Shown: positions 1 to 10,345, counted from the first letter of the whole stretch. The stretch is DNA of 63,989 nucleotides, filler included, from a bacterium (GCA_040757115.1; 5 parts of 5 records of this genome joined end to end with filler, not necessarily neighbours in it), one strand, 5' to 3'. Notes: generated by a model not told the origin, from the sequence alone. Program-made: numbers and translations.

Positions 1-130
1 TTATCAACCAGGGAAAACAGTCAAATCATTTTGTGGGGATTCATACTGTAGTGCCAAAACTCAACCTCTCTGCTCTGTAAGTTGTTGATAATACAAGACT
101 TATTTTTTTAAACGGCGAAGTTGGGTTAAC

Positions 131-247
131 CTTGAGTATGATTGCAATATCTCGCCGGTTATTTATACCCAGGCAGAATATCAAAAGAATCAACAGTTTA
201 ATACACTCTTTGTTCAAAACATAAGAAAGGAATCTATTGCCTTATGA
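131..247 (+). pseudogene. C-terminal remnant of minimal nucleotidyltransferase (MNT) antitoxin
   Basis: Reads LEYDCNISPVIYTQAEY...FVQNIRKESIAL*; overlaps the start of a downstream HEPN gene; 5' part replaced by repeat-like sequence ending AAGTTGGGTTA. Confidence 0.5.
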
Positions 248-608
248 GTATAGAGCAGGAGAAGATTGATTTATCCCGTTACCGTCTATCAAAAGCAGAT
301 ATGGAGATTCCATAGGGCGTTCTTACTATGCTATCTTTACTTCAGCAAGGGCACTTTTGGCTTTATTAGGATTGGATAGCCCAAAACACTCTGGGGTAAT
401 TTCGCTTTTTAATCGTGACTGGGTGAAAACTAAAATTATGCCTGAGGAAAGCAGTACTATTATTGCTGGTGCTAAACGGGATAGAGAAGCCTCCGATTAT
501 AGCGATTATGTTGAATTTACCTATGAGGAAGCAAATGCTCAACTTACTCAGGCAAAAAAAATTTGTCTGTCAGACCAAAGAAGTAGTAGAAAAAATAATA
601 TGCGGTGA
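244..608 (+). pseudogene. HEPN-domain protein, frameshifted/deleted
   Basis: MSIEQEKIDLSRYRLSKA.. then RSYYAIF..ALLALLGLDSPKHSGVISLFN..RxxxDY across broken frames. Confidence 0.65.
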
Positions 609-681
609 GATACCTTTACCAAAGGTTGATTAAAGGAGATTTGACATAACCTGGATTAATATCTATCTGGAAGGGGTTTAA

Positions 682-2391
682 ATGAACCAGATTATAGAAC
701 GCATACTATCAAAAAAAGTTTATTGTTTCCTTCTAATCTTATCAGCGGTTATCATTATCTACAGCATTGGGTTAACCTCCTACCTCTTCGCTGATGACTT
801 TATGTTTATTGAAAAGGCGAAGAATACAGATTGGAGCAATTGGCAAAGTATAGTCCATTCCTGGGTATTCACTGCCAGAGACAGCGGCCTCTGGTGGGTT
901 CCAAAGGATACAGTTGCTCAATTCCTTAGACCACTCATTGCTTTCTCCTTTGCTATCGACTACTCTCTATGGGGAATGAATCCCTTTGGTTTTCATCTCT
1001 TAAATCTTTTGGTGCATATTTTTACTTCTATCATTGTCTTTTTTATTATAGATTTTATCTCTCAAAATAGAAGGGTAAGCCTGCTTGGTTCTCTTTTGTT
1101 CACCATCCATCCCTGTCAGGCAGAGGCGGTCTTCTGGGTCTCAGGAAGGTGCGACCTTATCTGTGGTTTCTTCTATTTTACCTCATTCTTCTGTTTTATA
1201 AAGTATCGCCAGGCAGATAAAAAAATTTGGCTTATTGGTTCGTTGATAACATTTATCTTATCTTTATCGGCAAAAGAAATGACAATTACTTTACCATTAG
1301 TGATGATAATCTACGATATGGCCTTGAATAAAGAGAAGCATCTTAAGACATACATTCCTTTCTTTGGTTTGCTCGTTGTCTATCTTCTCATTCGGTTTGC
1401 CGTCTTTGGCAATGTGTGTAAAATGCCTGACACCTATTTTTATAGCCTTGCTCAACCAGAATTTATCTATTGCCTCATCAGAAATCTATTTTCTTATCTT
1501 ACTGGACTTGTGCTTGGACTCTCGCCTATGATAGTAATACCATTTTTAGGAAAGCCAAAAATAGTCCTTTATCTCATCTTTCTTATTGTCTTATTGCTCA
1601 TTCTCCTTATCTTCAGGAGCCTAAAAGGGAGACGAGATTTTCGATTCTCTTACCTCTGGATACTTATCTCTCTACTTCCTGTTTTAATCATTCTTCCATT
1701 TGAAAGATACCTTTACATTCCATCCTTAGGGTTTTCAATTATAGCCGCCCTCTTTATCCTGAAGATTACTTCTTCTCCAGGATTTAAGAAGGTTGGAATC
1801 GGATTATTAATCATACTTTTAATTGGATATAGTTCTTTCAACATCATAAAGGGAGCAAGATATAAACTTGGGTCATCCACCGTGGAAAAGGTAGTTAAAG
1901 ATGTAAAGAAGTATTACCCAACTCTACCAGATAATAGCCATTTGTATTTTATAAACCTTTCTCCATTGGCTTGTTTAAGTACCTCCCAGGGATTCAGGCT
2001 GGAGTATAACAATCCAACCATCTCTGCTTATGTTCTGACTATGTCTCCTAACTTTGGACCAGGATGCGATTCATACCTGAAGGTGATTAATAAACATATC
2101 CTACTTATTGGTTTAAACAAAGGTAGTTTTCTTGATAATCCTGTTGCTCAATTCTTCCTACTTGGCAGGTCTTTTACTAAAGGCGAGAAAATAGAATGGG
2201 ATGGATTTAACGCCACTATGACAAAAATGGATAACCTATGGCCAACAGAGATACTATTTGAGTTTAAGGAGGAAATAGCATCTCCTGATTCCTATTTCTT
2301 TGAGTTTAAGGATTGGAGAGTTTATCCATTGTTCAAAAAGAAGGTTATGTCCACAGGGAGTGAACACAAAGCGATTATTAAGGGGGAATAA
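682..2391 (+). CDS. GT-C fold membrane glycosyltransferase (TMTC/PMT-like)
   Basis: Multi-TM; motifs DD, RPL, FHLLNLLVH, HPxxAEAVxWxSGR, LSAKE, ERYLY. Confidence 0.75.
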   Translation: MNQIIERILSKKVYCFLLILSAVIIIYSIGLTSYLFADDFMFIEKAKNTDWSNWQSIVHSWVFTARDSGLWWVPKDTVAQFLRPLIAFSFAIDYSLWGMNPFGFHLLNLLVHIFTSIIVFFIIDFISQNRRVSLLGSLLFTIHPCQAEAVFWVSGRCDLICGFFYFTSFFCFIKYRQADKKIWLIGSLITFILSLSAKEMTITLPLVMIIYDMALNKEKHLKTYIPFFGLLVVYLLIRFAVFGNVCKMPDTYFYSLAQPEFIYCLIRNLFSYLTGLVLGLSPMIVIPFLGKPKIVLYLIFLIVLLLILLIFRSLKGRRDFRFSYLWILISLLPVLIILPFERYLYIPSLGFSIIAALFILKITSSPGFKKVGIGLLIILLIGYSSFNIIKGARYKLGSSTVEKVVKDVKKYYPTLPDNSHLYFINLSPLACLSTSQGFRLEYNNPTISAYVLTMSPNFGPGCDSYLKVINKHILLIGLNKGSFLDNPVAQFFLLGRSFTKGEKIEWDGFNATMTKMDNLWPTEILFEFKEEIASPDSYFFEFKDWRVYPLFKKKVMSTGSEHKAIIKGE

Positions 2392-2622
2392 GTTTGCTAC
2401 CGACAGATTATTTTTATTTTCAGAAGAAACGCTCATGTCCACAGGGATGGACAGAAAGGAGGATGAAAATAAGTAGTAAGCGGATTTAGCGGATTGAGCA
2501 GATAAAAAACAGAAAAGAAATCCGATTAATCCGCTCAATCCGATTACTAAAAAATAAAAAATCCGTGCTCATCCGTTTAATCCGGGTCATCCGTGTTCTA
2601 TTCTTACAGCTATTTTCAGGAG
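2391..2622. repeat. Intergenic element with inverted 9-nt repeat arms (GCGGATTxx / ATCCGxxxx) and TTTTCAGGAGAA end
   Basis: Arms resemble 7990-8078; end motif recurs near 16390 and 31056. Confidence 0.6.
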
Positions 2623-2629
2623 AAGAAAA

Positions 2630-5600
2630 ATGGATAAAATAGGTTCTGTATTAGTTATTGGTGGTGGTATTGGTGGGATGCAGGCATCACTTGATCTGGC
2701 AGATGCCGGCTTTAAAGTCTATCTGGTCGAAGATAAACCTGCCATTGGTGGCAAGATGTCTCAACTGGATAAAACCTTCCCGACCAATGATTGCTCGATG
2801 TGTATTATGGCGCCACGGCTGGTAGATGTGGCTGGAAATCTAAATATCGAACTTTTGACAACATCAGAGGTTGTTGGTCTGGAAGGACAACCGGGTAATT
2901 TCAAGGTTGAAGTCCGTAGAAAACCCAGATATGTAGATACATCAAAATGCACCGGCTGTGGTGATTGTGCCAAAAAATGTCCGGTAGAGATGCCAGATGA
3001 ATTTAATATGGGAATGAGCAATAGAAAGGCAATCTATAAACTCTATGCTCAGGCTGTTCCAGGTGCCTTTGCTATTGATAAAAGAGGGACTTCTCCCTGT
3101 AAGGCAAAATGTCCTGTAGGTATCAGTGTGCAGGGATATGTTGCCCTGATTGCTCAAGGTAAATACCAGGAAGCCCTTAACTTAATCCGTCAAAAAAATC
3201 CATTTCCTGGCATTTGCGGCAGGGTTTGTAACCATCCCTGTGAAACAGAATGTATGCGTGGTAAAGTAGATGAACCAATTGCTATCGCCAGTTTGAAGCG
3301 TTTTGTGGTTGATTATGAGTCAGAGGTTAGAGGACAGAGGACAGAATTTATTTTTTCCCGAGTCCCGAGTCCCGAGTCCCGAGTCCCGAGTAAAGTGGCT
3401 ATTATCGGCTCAGGTCCAGCAGGCTTGACTGCGGCTTATGACCTAACATTGGCTGGTTACCAGGTAACGGTATTTGAAAAACTGCCAGTGGCTGGTGGTA
3501 TGATGCGGGTTGGAATACCAGACTATCGATTACCATCTAAGATAATTCAGGCAGAAATCGACGCTATTCTCTCAGCTGGTGTAGAACTCAGGCTTAATAC
3601 CCCGGTAGAATCCCTTGACCAACTTAAAACAGAGGGTTTTGAAGCAATATTAATTGCCGTTGGTGCTCATATCAATAAAAAAATGGGTGTGCCAGGAGAA
3701 GAATTAGATGGTGTCCTGTCAGGAGTAGATTTTCTGCGTGATATAAATCTTGGGCAGAAGGTTAATCTGGGAAATAAAGTAGCCATAGTTGGTGGTGGCA
3801 ATGTGGCTATAGATGCCGCCAGAGTAGCAGTGCGGTTGGGTGTCCGAGAGGTTAGCATTATTTATCGACGCTCCCGCAATGAAATGCCAGCAGACCCACA
3901 TGAAATTATTGCCGCAGAGGAAGAAGGGATTAAGATTCATTTTCTCACTAACCCAACTAAGATTATCGGTAAGGATGGTAAGGTCGTGGCTGTGGAATGT
4001 ATTAAAATGGGACTGGGTGAACCAGATGAATCCGGAAGAAGACGGCCAGTGCCAATCCCTGATTCTGAATTTGTCATAGAGATTGATAATATTATCCCGG
4101 CTATAGGGCAAACCTCTGACCTTGAATTAGTAAAAAACCAGGTAAAAGCAACTAAGTGGGGAACAATTGAAGTTGACCCCGAAACCCTCGCTACTAATCA
4201 GGAAGGTGTTTTTGCTGGTGGAGATGTAGTCACGGGACCAGCCTTTGTGGTTGATGCTATTGCCGCTGGGCATATAGCGGCTGAGTCTATTTCAAGATAC
4301 TTGCAAGGTCAAGACCTTAAGGTAGATAGAAAAAAAACATCTGCTTCTGTAGTTAAAGAAGTCCCACTTGATAAGGTTAAGAAAACAGCTCGCCAGAGGA
4401 TGTCGACTCTAAGTATCGAAAAAAGGACTGCTAATTTTAACGAGGTTGAGTTGGGATTTACAGAGGAGCAGGCAAGGGCTGAGGCACAAAGATGTCTTTC
4501 CTGCGGTATCTGCTCGGAATGCTATGAATGCGAACAAGTCTGTCAGGCAAAGGCAATAAACCATCAAGAGGTAGAGTTCACCCAAAAGATAGAGGTTGGA
4601 GCGATTATTCTGGCGCCAGGTTTTGAAACTATTTCACCACAGGTGCGTGAAGAATACGGCTATGGCTATTACCCAAATGTCATTACCAGCCTGGAATTTG
4701 AACGATACCTGTCTGCCTCAGGACCTACTACTGGACATGTGCAGAGACCATCAGATGGCAATGAACCAAAAAAGGTAGCCTGGATACAATGTGTAGGCTC
4801 TCGCGATGAAGAACATAGATACTGTTCTTCAGTTTGCTGTATGTATGCTACGAAAGAGGCTATCATTGCTAAAGAACATTCCCCAGCACTTGAACCAACT
4901 ATATTCTTCATAGATGTGCGGGCTTATGGTAAAGGATTTGATTCATACTATGAACGGGCAAAAGAACAATATGGAGTCAAGTATGTGCGATGTATGGTCT
5001 CAACCGTCAAAGAACATCCAGTGACTAAAGACCTAATCATTCGCTATCTAAACTCCGCCAATGAGTTAGTGGAAGAAGAATTTGAGATGGTGGTGCTGTC
5101 TGTAGGTTTAAAACCTTCTGCTAAAACTTATGAACTATCAAAGAATCTTGGTGTAGAGCTAAATCAGTATCAATTTTGTGCCACCTCTACCTGGACACCA
5201 ATGGCTACTTCTCGTGAAGGCATCTATGTCTGTGGTGCGGTTAGTGAACCAAAGGATATTCCAGAAACGGTTATGCAGGCATCTGGGGCGGCTGGATGTG
5301 TAGGCGAATTACTTGCGGATGTCCGTGGTAGCCTGATGGCTAAGAAAGAATATCCGCCAGAGATAGATGTCAGCGGACTGCTGCCCAGAATTGGTGTTTT
5401 TGTCTGTCGATGTGGGATAAATATTGCTGGAGTAGTTAATGTGCCAGCAGTCGTTGAACAGGCTAAAACTCTGCCTAATGTAGTTTGTGTAGAGGAAAAG
5501 ATATATGTCTGCTCTCAGGATTCACAAGCTTTAATTCGCGATAAAATCAAAGAACATAATTTAAATCGGGTGGTGGTTGCCTCCTGCACCCCACGAACCC

Positions 5601-7240
5601 ATGAAAGGCTATTTCAAGATACAATTCGGACAGCAGGTTTAAATAAATATTTATTTGAGATGGCTAATATCCGTGACCAATGCAGTTGGGTGCATAGTTC
5701 AAACTATGAAGGGGCGACTGAGAAAGCCAAAAAACTGATAGCAATGGCTGTTGCTCGTGCATCGTTACTTGAACCACTATACTTAATCCCGATGGACATC
5801 ACCCGCAAAGGATTGGTCATTGGTGGTGGAGTATCTGGAATGGTATCTGCCCTCTCATTAGCCGAGCAAGGATTTGAGGTTGAACTTGTTGAAAGAGAAG
5901 CTGAGCTTGGTGGAAATGCAAGACATCTCTATTTCACCTTAGAAGGCGATAACCCACAAGTGTATCTTAAATCTGTGATAGAAAAGGTTACCGCGCATAA
6001 GTCGATTAAAATCCACCTGTCGAGTGAAATAACGAAGTTCTCAGGACATGTCGGGCATTTTAAATCTGAAATCCGAAATCCGAAATCCGAAATGACTATT
6101 GAACACGGCGTGGTGATTGTAGCCACAGGTGGTGTAGAACACCAACCAACAGAATATTTATACGGCGAGGACGAAAGAGTAATCACACAACTTGAATTAG
6201 AAAAGAGGTTAGCGAATCCCGAATCCCGAGCCCCGAGCCCCGAGTCCCGAGTCCCGAAGACCATCGTTATGATTCAATGTGTTGGTTCTCGCACCAGTGA
6301 ACGACCGTATTGCAGTCGGGTATGTTGTAGTCAGGCGATAAAAAATGCCTTGAAAATCAAAGAGATAAGTCCCAAAACACAGATTTATATTCTCTATCGA
6401 GACATAAGGACTTACGGGTTCCGTGAAGATTACTATCGCCAGGCACGAGAGGCGGGAGTAATCTTTATTCGATACGAAGAAGATGCAAAACCAAAGGTCA
6501 GAAGACAGAGGACAGATGAGAAAGGGGGAAACGGAGAAGGAGAGGAGACACGAGGCACTATACCTGAATTTTCAGCCATTAGCCATCAGCCTATTTTCCC
6601 GAGCCCCGAGCCCCGAGCCCCGAGCCCCGAGCCCCGAGCCCCGAGCCCCGAGTCCCGAGCCCCGAGCCCCGATTTTGAGTCAGAAATCCGAAATCCCCTG
6701 GAAGTAGAAGTTGTTGACCCGATAATGGGAGAGAAATTGGTTTTGAATCCGGATTTGGTGGTGCTGGCACCGGCTATTCTTTCAGACCCAGGAAATGAAA
6801 GTTTATCTCCATTGTTGAAGGTAACATTGAATGCCGAGCGATTTTTCCTTGAAGCGCATATGAAACTTCGGCCAGTAGATTTTGCTTCAGAGGGTATGTT
6901 TTTGTGTGGGCTGGCACATTCACCCAAGCTGATTGAAGAGTCCATCGCCCAGTCACAAGCCGCCGCTGGTCGAGCGGCTACTATCCTGGCAAAAGACCAC
7001 TTAGATGTAGGTGGAGTTGTTTCGGTTATTGACGCAAATAAATGCGTTGTCTGTCTAACCTGTATCCGTATGTGTCCGTATGATGTGCCGTTTATTAACG
7101 AAAAAGGCGCTGCAGAAATCGAAGCGGCTAAATGCCAGGGTTGTGGGATATGCGCCTCAGAATGCCCGGCTAAGGCTATCCAATTGATGCATTATAAAGA
7201 CAACCAAATACTGGCTAAAACAGAGGCATTATTTGTTTAA
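2630..7240 (+). CDS. hdrA: Large heterodisulfide reductase subunit A-like flavoprotein (HdrA/HdrL with GltD-like NAD(P)H module)
   Basis: GGGIGG..LDKTFPTNDCSMC N-terminus, duplicated HdrA modules (QCVGSR..YCSxVCC), GSGPAG and GGGNVA motifs, C-terminal 2x[4Fe-4S] ferredoxin. Confidence 0.92.
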   Translation: MDKIGSVLVIGGGIGGMQASLDLADAGFKVYLVEDKPAIGGKMSQLDKTFPTNDCSMCIMAPRLVDVAGNLNIELLTTSEVVGLEGQPGNFKVEVRRKPRYVDTSKCTGCGDCAKKCPVEMPDEFNMGMSNRKAIYKLYAQAVPGAFAIDKRGTSPCKAKCPVGISVQGYVALIAQGKYQEALNLIRQKNPFPGICGRVCNHPCETECMRGKVDEPIAIASLKRFVVDYESEVRGQRTEFIFSRVPSPESRVPSKVAIIGSGPAGLTAAYDLTLAGYQVTVFEKLPVAGGMMRVGIPDYRLPSKIIQAEIDAILSAGVELRLNTPVESLDQLKTEGFEAILIAVGAHINKKMGVPGEELDGVLSGVDFLRDINLGQKVNLGNKVAIVGGGNVAIDAARVAVRLGVREVSIIYRRSRNEMPADPHEIIAAEEEGIKIHFLTNPTKIIGKDGKVVAVECIKMGLGEPDESGRRRPVPIPDSEFVIEIDNIIPAIGQTSDLELVKNQVKATKWGTIEVDPETLATNQEGVFAGGDVVTGPAFVVDAIAAGHIAAESISRYLQGQDLKVDRKKTSASVVKEVPLDKVKKTARQRMSTLSIEKRTANFNEVELGFTEEQARAEAQRCLSCGICSECYECEQVCQAKAINHQEVEFTQKIEVGAIILAPGFETISPQVREEYGYGYYPNVITSLEFERYLSASGPTTGHVQRPSDGNEPKKVAWIQCVGSRDEEHRYCSSVCCMYATKEAIIAKEHSPALEPTIFFIDVRAYGKGFDSYYERAKEQYGVKYVRCMVSTVKEHPVTKDLIIRYLNSANELVEEEFEMVVLSVGLKPSAKTYELSKNLGVELNQYQFCATSTWTPMATSREGIYVCGAVSEPKDIPETVMQASGAAGCVGELLADVRGSLMAKKEYPPEIDVSGLLPRIGVFVCRCGINIAGVVNVPAVVEQAKTLPNVVCVEEKIYVCSQDSQALIRDKIKEHNLNRVVVASCTPRTHERLFQDTIRTAGLNKYLFEMANIRDQCSWVHSSNYEGATEKAKKLIAMAVARASLLEPLYLIPMDITRKGLVIGGGVSGMVSALSLAEQGFEVELVEREAELGGNARHLYFTLEGDNPQVYLKSVIEKVTAHKSIKIHLSSEITKFSGHVGHFKSEIRNPKSEMTIEHGVVIVATGGVEHQPTEYLYGEDERVITQLELEKRLANPESRAPSPESRVPKTIVMIQCVGSRTSERPYCSRVCCSQAIKNALKIKEISPKTQIYILYRDIRTYGFREDYYRQAREAGVIFIRYEEDAKPKVRRQRTDEKGGNGEGEETRGTIPEFSAISHQPIFPSPEPRAPSPEPRAPSPESRAPSPDFESEIRNPLEVEVVDPIMGEKLVLNPDLVVLAPAILSDPGNESLSPLLKVTLNAERFFLEAHMKLRPVDFASEGMFLCGLAHSPKLIEESIAQSQAAAGRAATILAKDHLDVGGVVSVIDANKCVVCLTCIRMCPYDVPFINEKGAAEIEAAKCQGCGICASECPAKAIQLMHYKDNQILAKTEALFV

Positions 7241-7347
7241 TTGATACAGGATACAAGATATGTATCTATTCAGTTCTTTTGACAGGTTAGACGGTTTAAG
7301 TTGAGAGCGTTACATAGGGTTTCCAACAATATCCACAGTTTAAGGAA

Positions 7348-7932
7348 TCAGTTTAACATATCCAGTGGACTTTGTACTCCCATCCCACCCTTATTGATAA
7401 CATGTGTATAAATCATGGTCGTGGATACATCCTTATGACCGAGTAATTCTTGCACGGTGCGAATATCATATCCTTTCTCCAGCAGGTGTGTAGCAAAGCT
7501 ATGTCGAAATGTATGAGGGCTGACTGGTTTTGAAAGACCAACGGCACGAGCAGCACTATAGATTGCTCTTTGCAGCCCACTTTCATTGACATGATGCCGA
7601 TGCATCTTGTCACTACGCGGGTCTTTAGATATCTTCTTTGATGGGAAAACATATTGCCAACCCCATTCTTTACCTGCATTAGGATATTTCCGCTCTAACG
7701 CAAAAGGCAGATGTACCTCTCCAACACCATTCTTGAGGTCTTGTTCATGCAATGCCTTAACCCGTTTTAGATGTTCTGATAGCAATGGTTTTAAACTTTC
7801 CGGTAGCATAGTTACTCTATCCTTCATTCCTTTTCCATCTCGCACAATCACTTGATTCCGAGCAAAATCAATATCCTTAACCCGCAAACGAATACATTCC
7901 ATCAATCGTAGTCCACAGCCGTAAATAAGTTT
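7348..7932 (-). pseudogene. intI: Integron integrase, N-terminally truncated
   Basis: [10 protein letters not shown], integron-specific [24 protein letters not shown] insert, [23 protein letters not shown]; upstream part replaced by an element starting at 7934. Confidence 0.9.
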
Positions 7933-7933
7933 C

Positions 7934-8119
7934 CACCTGTGCAATTAGAAATAAAAGGATAATTGATTAAACAGATTACATTTTTTATTGTAAGCGGATT
8001 AAACGGATTGAGCGGATTTTTTTTATTTCTTTTTCCGCTAAATCCGTTAAATCCGCTTACTAAATCCACCCGCTTACTATTAAAAATCTGCTTCCTTAAT
8101 TTTCTACCTGCACAGGTCG
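7934..8119. mobile_element. MITE-like element (CCACCTGTGCAATTAG ... CTACCTGCACAGGTCG) with inverted 9-mer arms
   Basis: Imperfect terminal IRs; related end CTAATCGCACAGGTGG at 45544-45559. Confidence 0.55.
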
Positions 8120-8219
8120 AAAAAATTTATAATGCAGTAAAATAAAAACCGCTAATAGGCAGTATAATCTAAGGATGTTATTTTTCAGTATTTTCTAATT
8201 TTGATATTAAAATTTTTTC

Positions 8220-8248
8220 TTGACAGAATATTTTATTTATGCTACTCT
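8220..8248 (+). promoter_or_regulatory. Putative cassette promoter Pc
   Basis: TTGACA-17 bp-TACTCT with extended -10 TG, directly upstream of attI. Confidence 0.7.
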
Positions 8249-8264
8249 ATAAATAACCCAACTT

Positions 8265-8316
8265 AATAATGCAGTAATATAAAACTGCTAATAGGCAGTA
8301 TAATCTAAGGTTAAGC
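8265..8316 (+). other. Putative attI (crossover G|TTAAGC at 8310/8311)
   Basis: GTTRRRY core at the start of the first cassette, between intI and first attC; partial duplicate at ~8129-8174. Confidence 0.65.
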
Positions 8317-8337
8317 GGCACGCCCGGTGGGCGGGCC

Positions 8338-8419
8338 GCTTAACCCATGCAATGGAGCTGACAAAAATGCGGCATAACAAGTTATGCCGACATTTTTGCA
8401 GCTCATCGCGTCGTTAGCC
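8338..8419 (+). repeat. attC (foreign type, 82 bp)
   Basis: GCTTAAC...GTTAGCC imperfect palindrome. Confidence 0.85.
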
Positions 8420-8452
8420 CGCATATAACAAGGAGCGAGCGATTCAGACAAA

Positions 8453-9085
8453 ATGAATACGATACAGACACTCACTCAACGAGTCCAAAAGACACAACAT
8501 GGGTTTTTGGACATTCAAAAAGCAGCAGATGAAGTAGTAGCTGGGCACGCTGCCAAAGAGAGCCTTTGCATTGTCAAGCAGCTATTCGCTTCAGAGATAT
8601 ACCAAGCACGCTCACTGGCAACCTTCATTTTGGGCCGATTGGCGGCCAACTCGAACGAAAGCCTCGATTTTCTGAAACGGCGTGTCAGCGGAGACAATGA
8701 TTGGCGTGTGCAGGAGATTCTGGCAAAAGCCTTTGACAGGTACTGTGCTGACGTTGGCTATGAACAAGCACTCCCTGTCATCAAGGAATGGTTGGCAGAT
8801 TCCCAACCTAACGTGCGACGGGCAGTCACAGAAGGGCTGAGAATATGGACAGGACGCCCTTACTTTCATGACCATCCAGAAGTTGCCATTCAGTTGTTGA
8901 GCCAGCTTCGAAACGATGAGAGTGAATATGTACGGAAGTCTGTTGGGAATGCTTTGCGTGATATAAGCAAAAAGCACAAGGAGTTAGTAAGAATCGAATT
9001 GCAGCGATGGGACATTGCAAACAAGCGCATTGAGCAAACTCACAAACTGGCAAGTAAGTTCTTGCAAAACAATGGTGCAGGCTAA
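8453..9085 (+). CDS. HEAT-repeat DNA alkylation repair (AlkD-like) protein
   Basis: NVRRAVTEGLRIWT, DESEYVRKSVGNALRDISK; stop codon lies in attC. Confidence 0.8.
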   Translation: MNTIQTLTQRVQKTQHGFLDIQKAADEVVAGHAAKESLCIVKQLFASEIYQARSLATFILGRLAANSNESLDFLKRRVSGDNDWRVQEILAKAFDRYCADVGYEQALPVIKEWLADSQPNVRRAVTEGLRIWTGRPYFHDHPEVAIQLLSQLRNDESEYVRKSVGNALRDISKKHKELVRIELQRWDIANKRIEQTHKLASKFLQNNGAG

Positions 9086-9210
9086 CCCGGCGCTGCACCT
9101 GACTGCGAGGGCTGTGCCGTAATTAGAGTTTTGTGGTATCTCAAGCTTTTATCTTGTTTACAAAGTTTGGTGGTAATCCGCCCCGCAGCAGGTGAGCTCT
9201 ATCGTTAGGC
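9080..9210 (+). repeat. attC (resident ~130 bp family)
   Basis: GGCTAAC...GTTAGGC. Confidence 0.9.
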
Positions 9211-9274
9211 TCTATGAAAGTGCTACTCTACATAATGCTGATTATCATACAAACATACAAAACGAGAAATTAAA

Positions 9275-9541
9275 ATGGATAAATATGAAGAATTAATGAT
9301 AAAAATTCTACGAGGGACATCTGATGCTAATATCCATTTTTCAGAGCTATGTCACTTGTTGAAAAAATTTGGCTTTGATGAACGAATCAAGGGTGACCAT
9401 CATATTTTTACAAAAGATGGTATTGAAGAAATACTGAATTTGCAACCCAAAGGATCAAAGTCTAAACCGTATCAGGTAAAGCAAGTTCGTAATCTCATCC
9501 TTAAATATAAATTGAATTTGGAGGAAGAAGATGTTGGATAA
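9275..9541 (+). CDS. hicA: HicA-family toxin
   Basis: GDHHIF motif, KPYQVKQVR; overlaps hicB. Confidence 0.85.
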   Translation: MDKYEELMIKILRGTSDANIHFSELCHLLKKFGFDERIKGDHHIFTKDGIEEILNLQPKGSKSKPYQVKQVRNLILKYKLNLEEEDVG

Positions 9542-9743
9542 ATATGAAATAATTGTCTATTGGAGCGAGGAAGATGAGGCATTTATTGCTGAGGTACCTG
9601 AATTGCCGGGTTGTATGGCAGATGGCGAGACATATCAAAGAGCCATTTCAAACGCTGAGATTATTATTCAGGAGTGGATTGAGACTGCAAAAGAATTAGG
9701 GCGATTAATTCCACAACCTAAAGGTCGATTAGTATATGCCTAA
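9531..9743 (+). CDS. hicB: HicB-family antitoxin
   Basis: AEVPELPGCMADGET..IPQPKGR. Confidence 0.88.
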   Translation: MLDKYEIIVYWSEEDEAFIAEVPELPGCMADGETYQRAISNAEIIIQEWIETAKELGRLIPQPKGRLVYA

Positions 9744-9869
9744 CAATTCGTTACAGTTGACGGCGGGGGACTGTGCCGTGGTCAAAGTTTTGTGGTCTCT
9801 CAAAGTTTTATCTTGCTATCAAACTTTTGTGGTAATTCTCCCCGCCGCACCTGAACTTTATCGTTAGAA
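9738..9869 (+). repeat. attC
   Basis: GCCTAAC...GTTAGAA. Confidence 0.9.
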
Positions 9870-10105
9870 AACATACAGAGGAACATCCAAGATTGACAAA
9901 GTATCCAATCTGATGAATGGACGGGAGAAAAAACATAAAGGTCTCTACCGGGGTTCAATCCTTGAAAACTGAATAGTTCTTATAAGTTTACTGAAATGAG
10001 ATAGTTGGGCAGGATAGAAGAAAGAAAGAGAAAAAACGGCGAAGAAGTGAAAAAATCGGTGAAGGATAAGAGCCGCTAACAAAAATATTGGGAGGTTGAT
10101 TTCAA

Positions 10106-10345
10106 ATGGTTCAGGTTAGTGTAGATGAAATAAAACAAGATATATCGGTTTATCTTCCGTGTGTAGAAGTTGGAGAGACAGTTGTTATTATGAAGGAAGG
10201 TAAACCTCTGGCAGAATTCAAACCTGTTACTTCGACTTCTAAACGGCTACGACCCTTTGGATTATGCAGTGGAGAATTTATTGTGCCAAATGACTTTGAT
10301 GCTCCATTGCCAGAAAGTATCATTCAGGAGTTTGAAGGACAATGA
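10106..10345 (+). CDS. Phd/YefM-like antitoxin
   Basis: GETVVI..GKPLAE..RPFGL..VPNDFDAPLP. Confidence 0.8.
   Translation: MVQVSVDEIKQDISVYLPCVEVGETVVIMKEGKPLAEFKPVTSTSKRLRPFGLCSGEFIVPNDFDAPLPESIIQEFEGQ

Noticed and set aside
7933-7944. MHRW start of intI given by the ORF track
   Set aside because: Derived from the inserted element's terminus, not a native start
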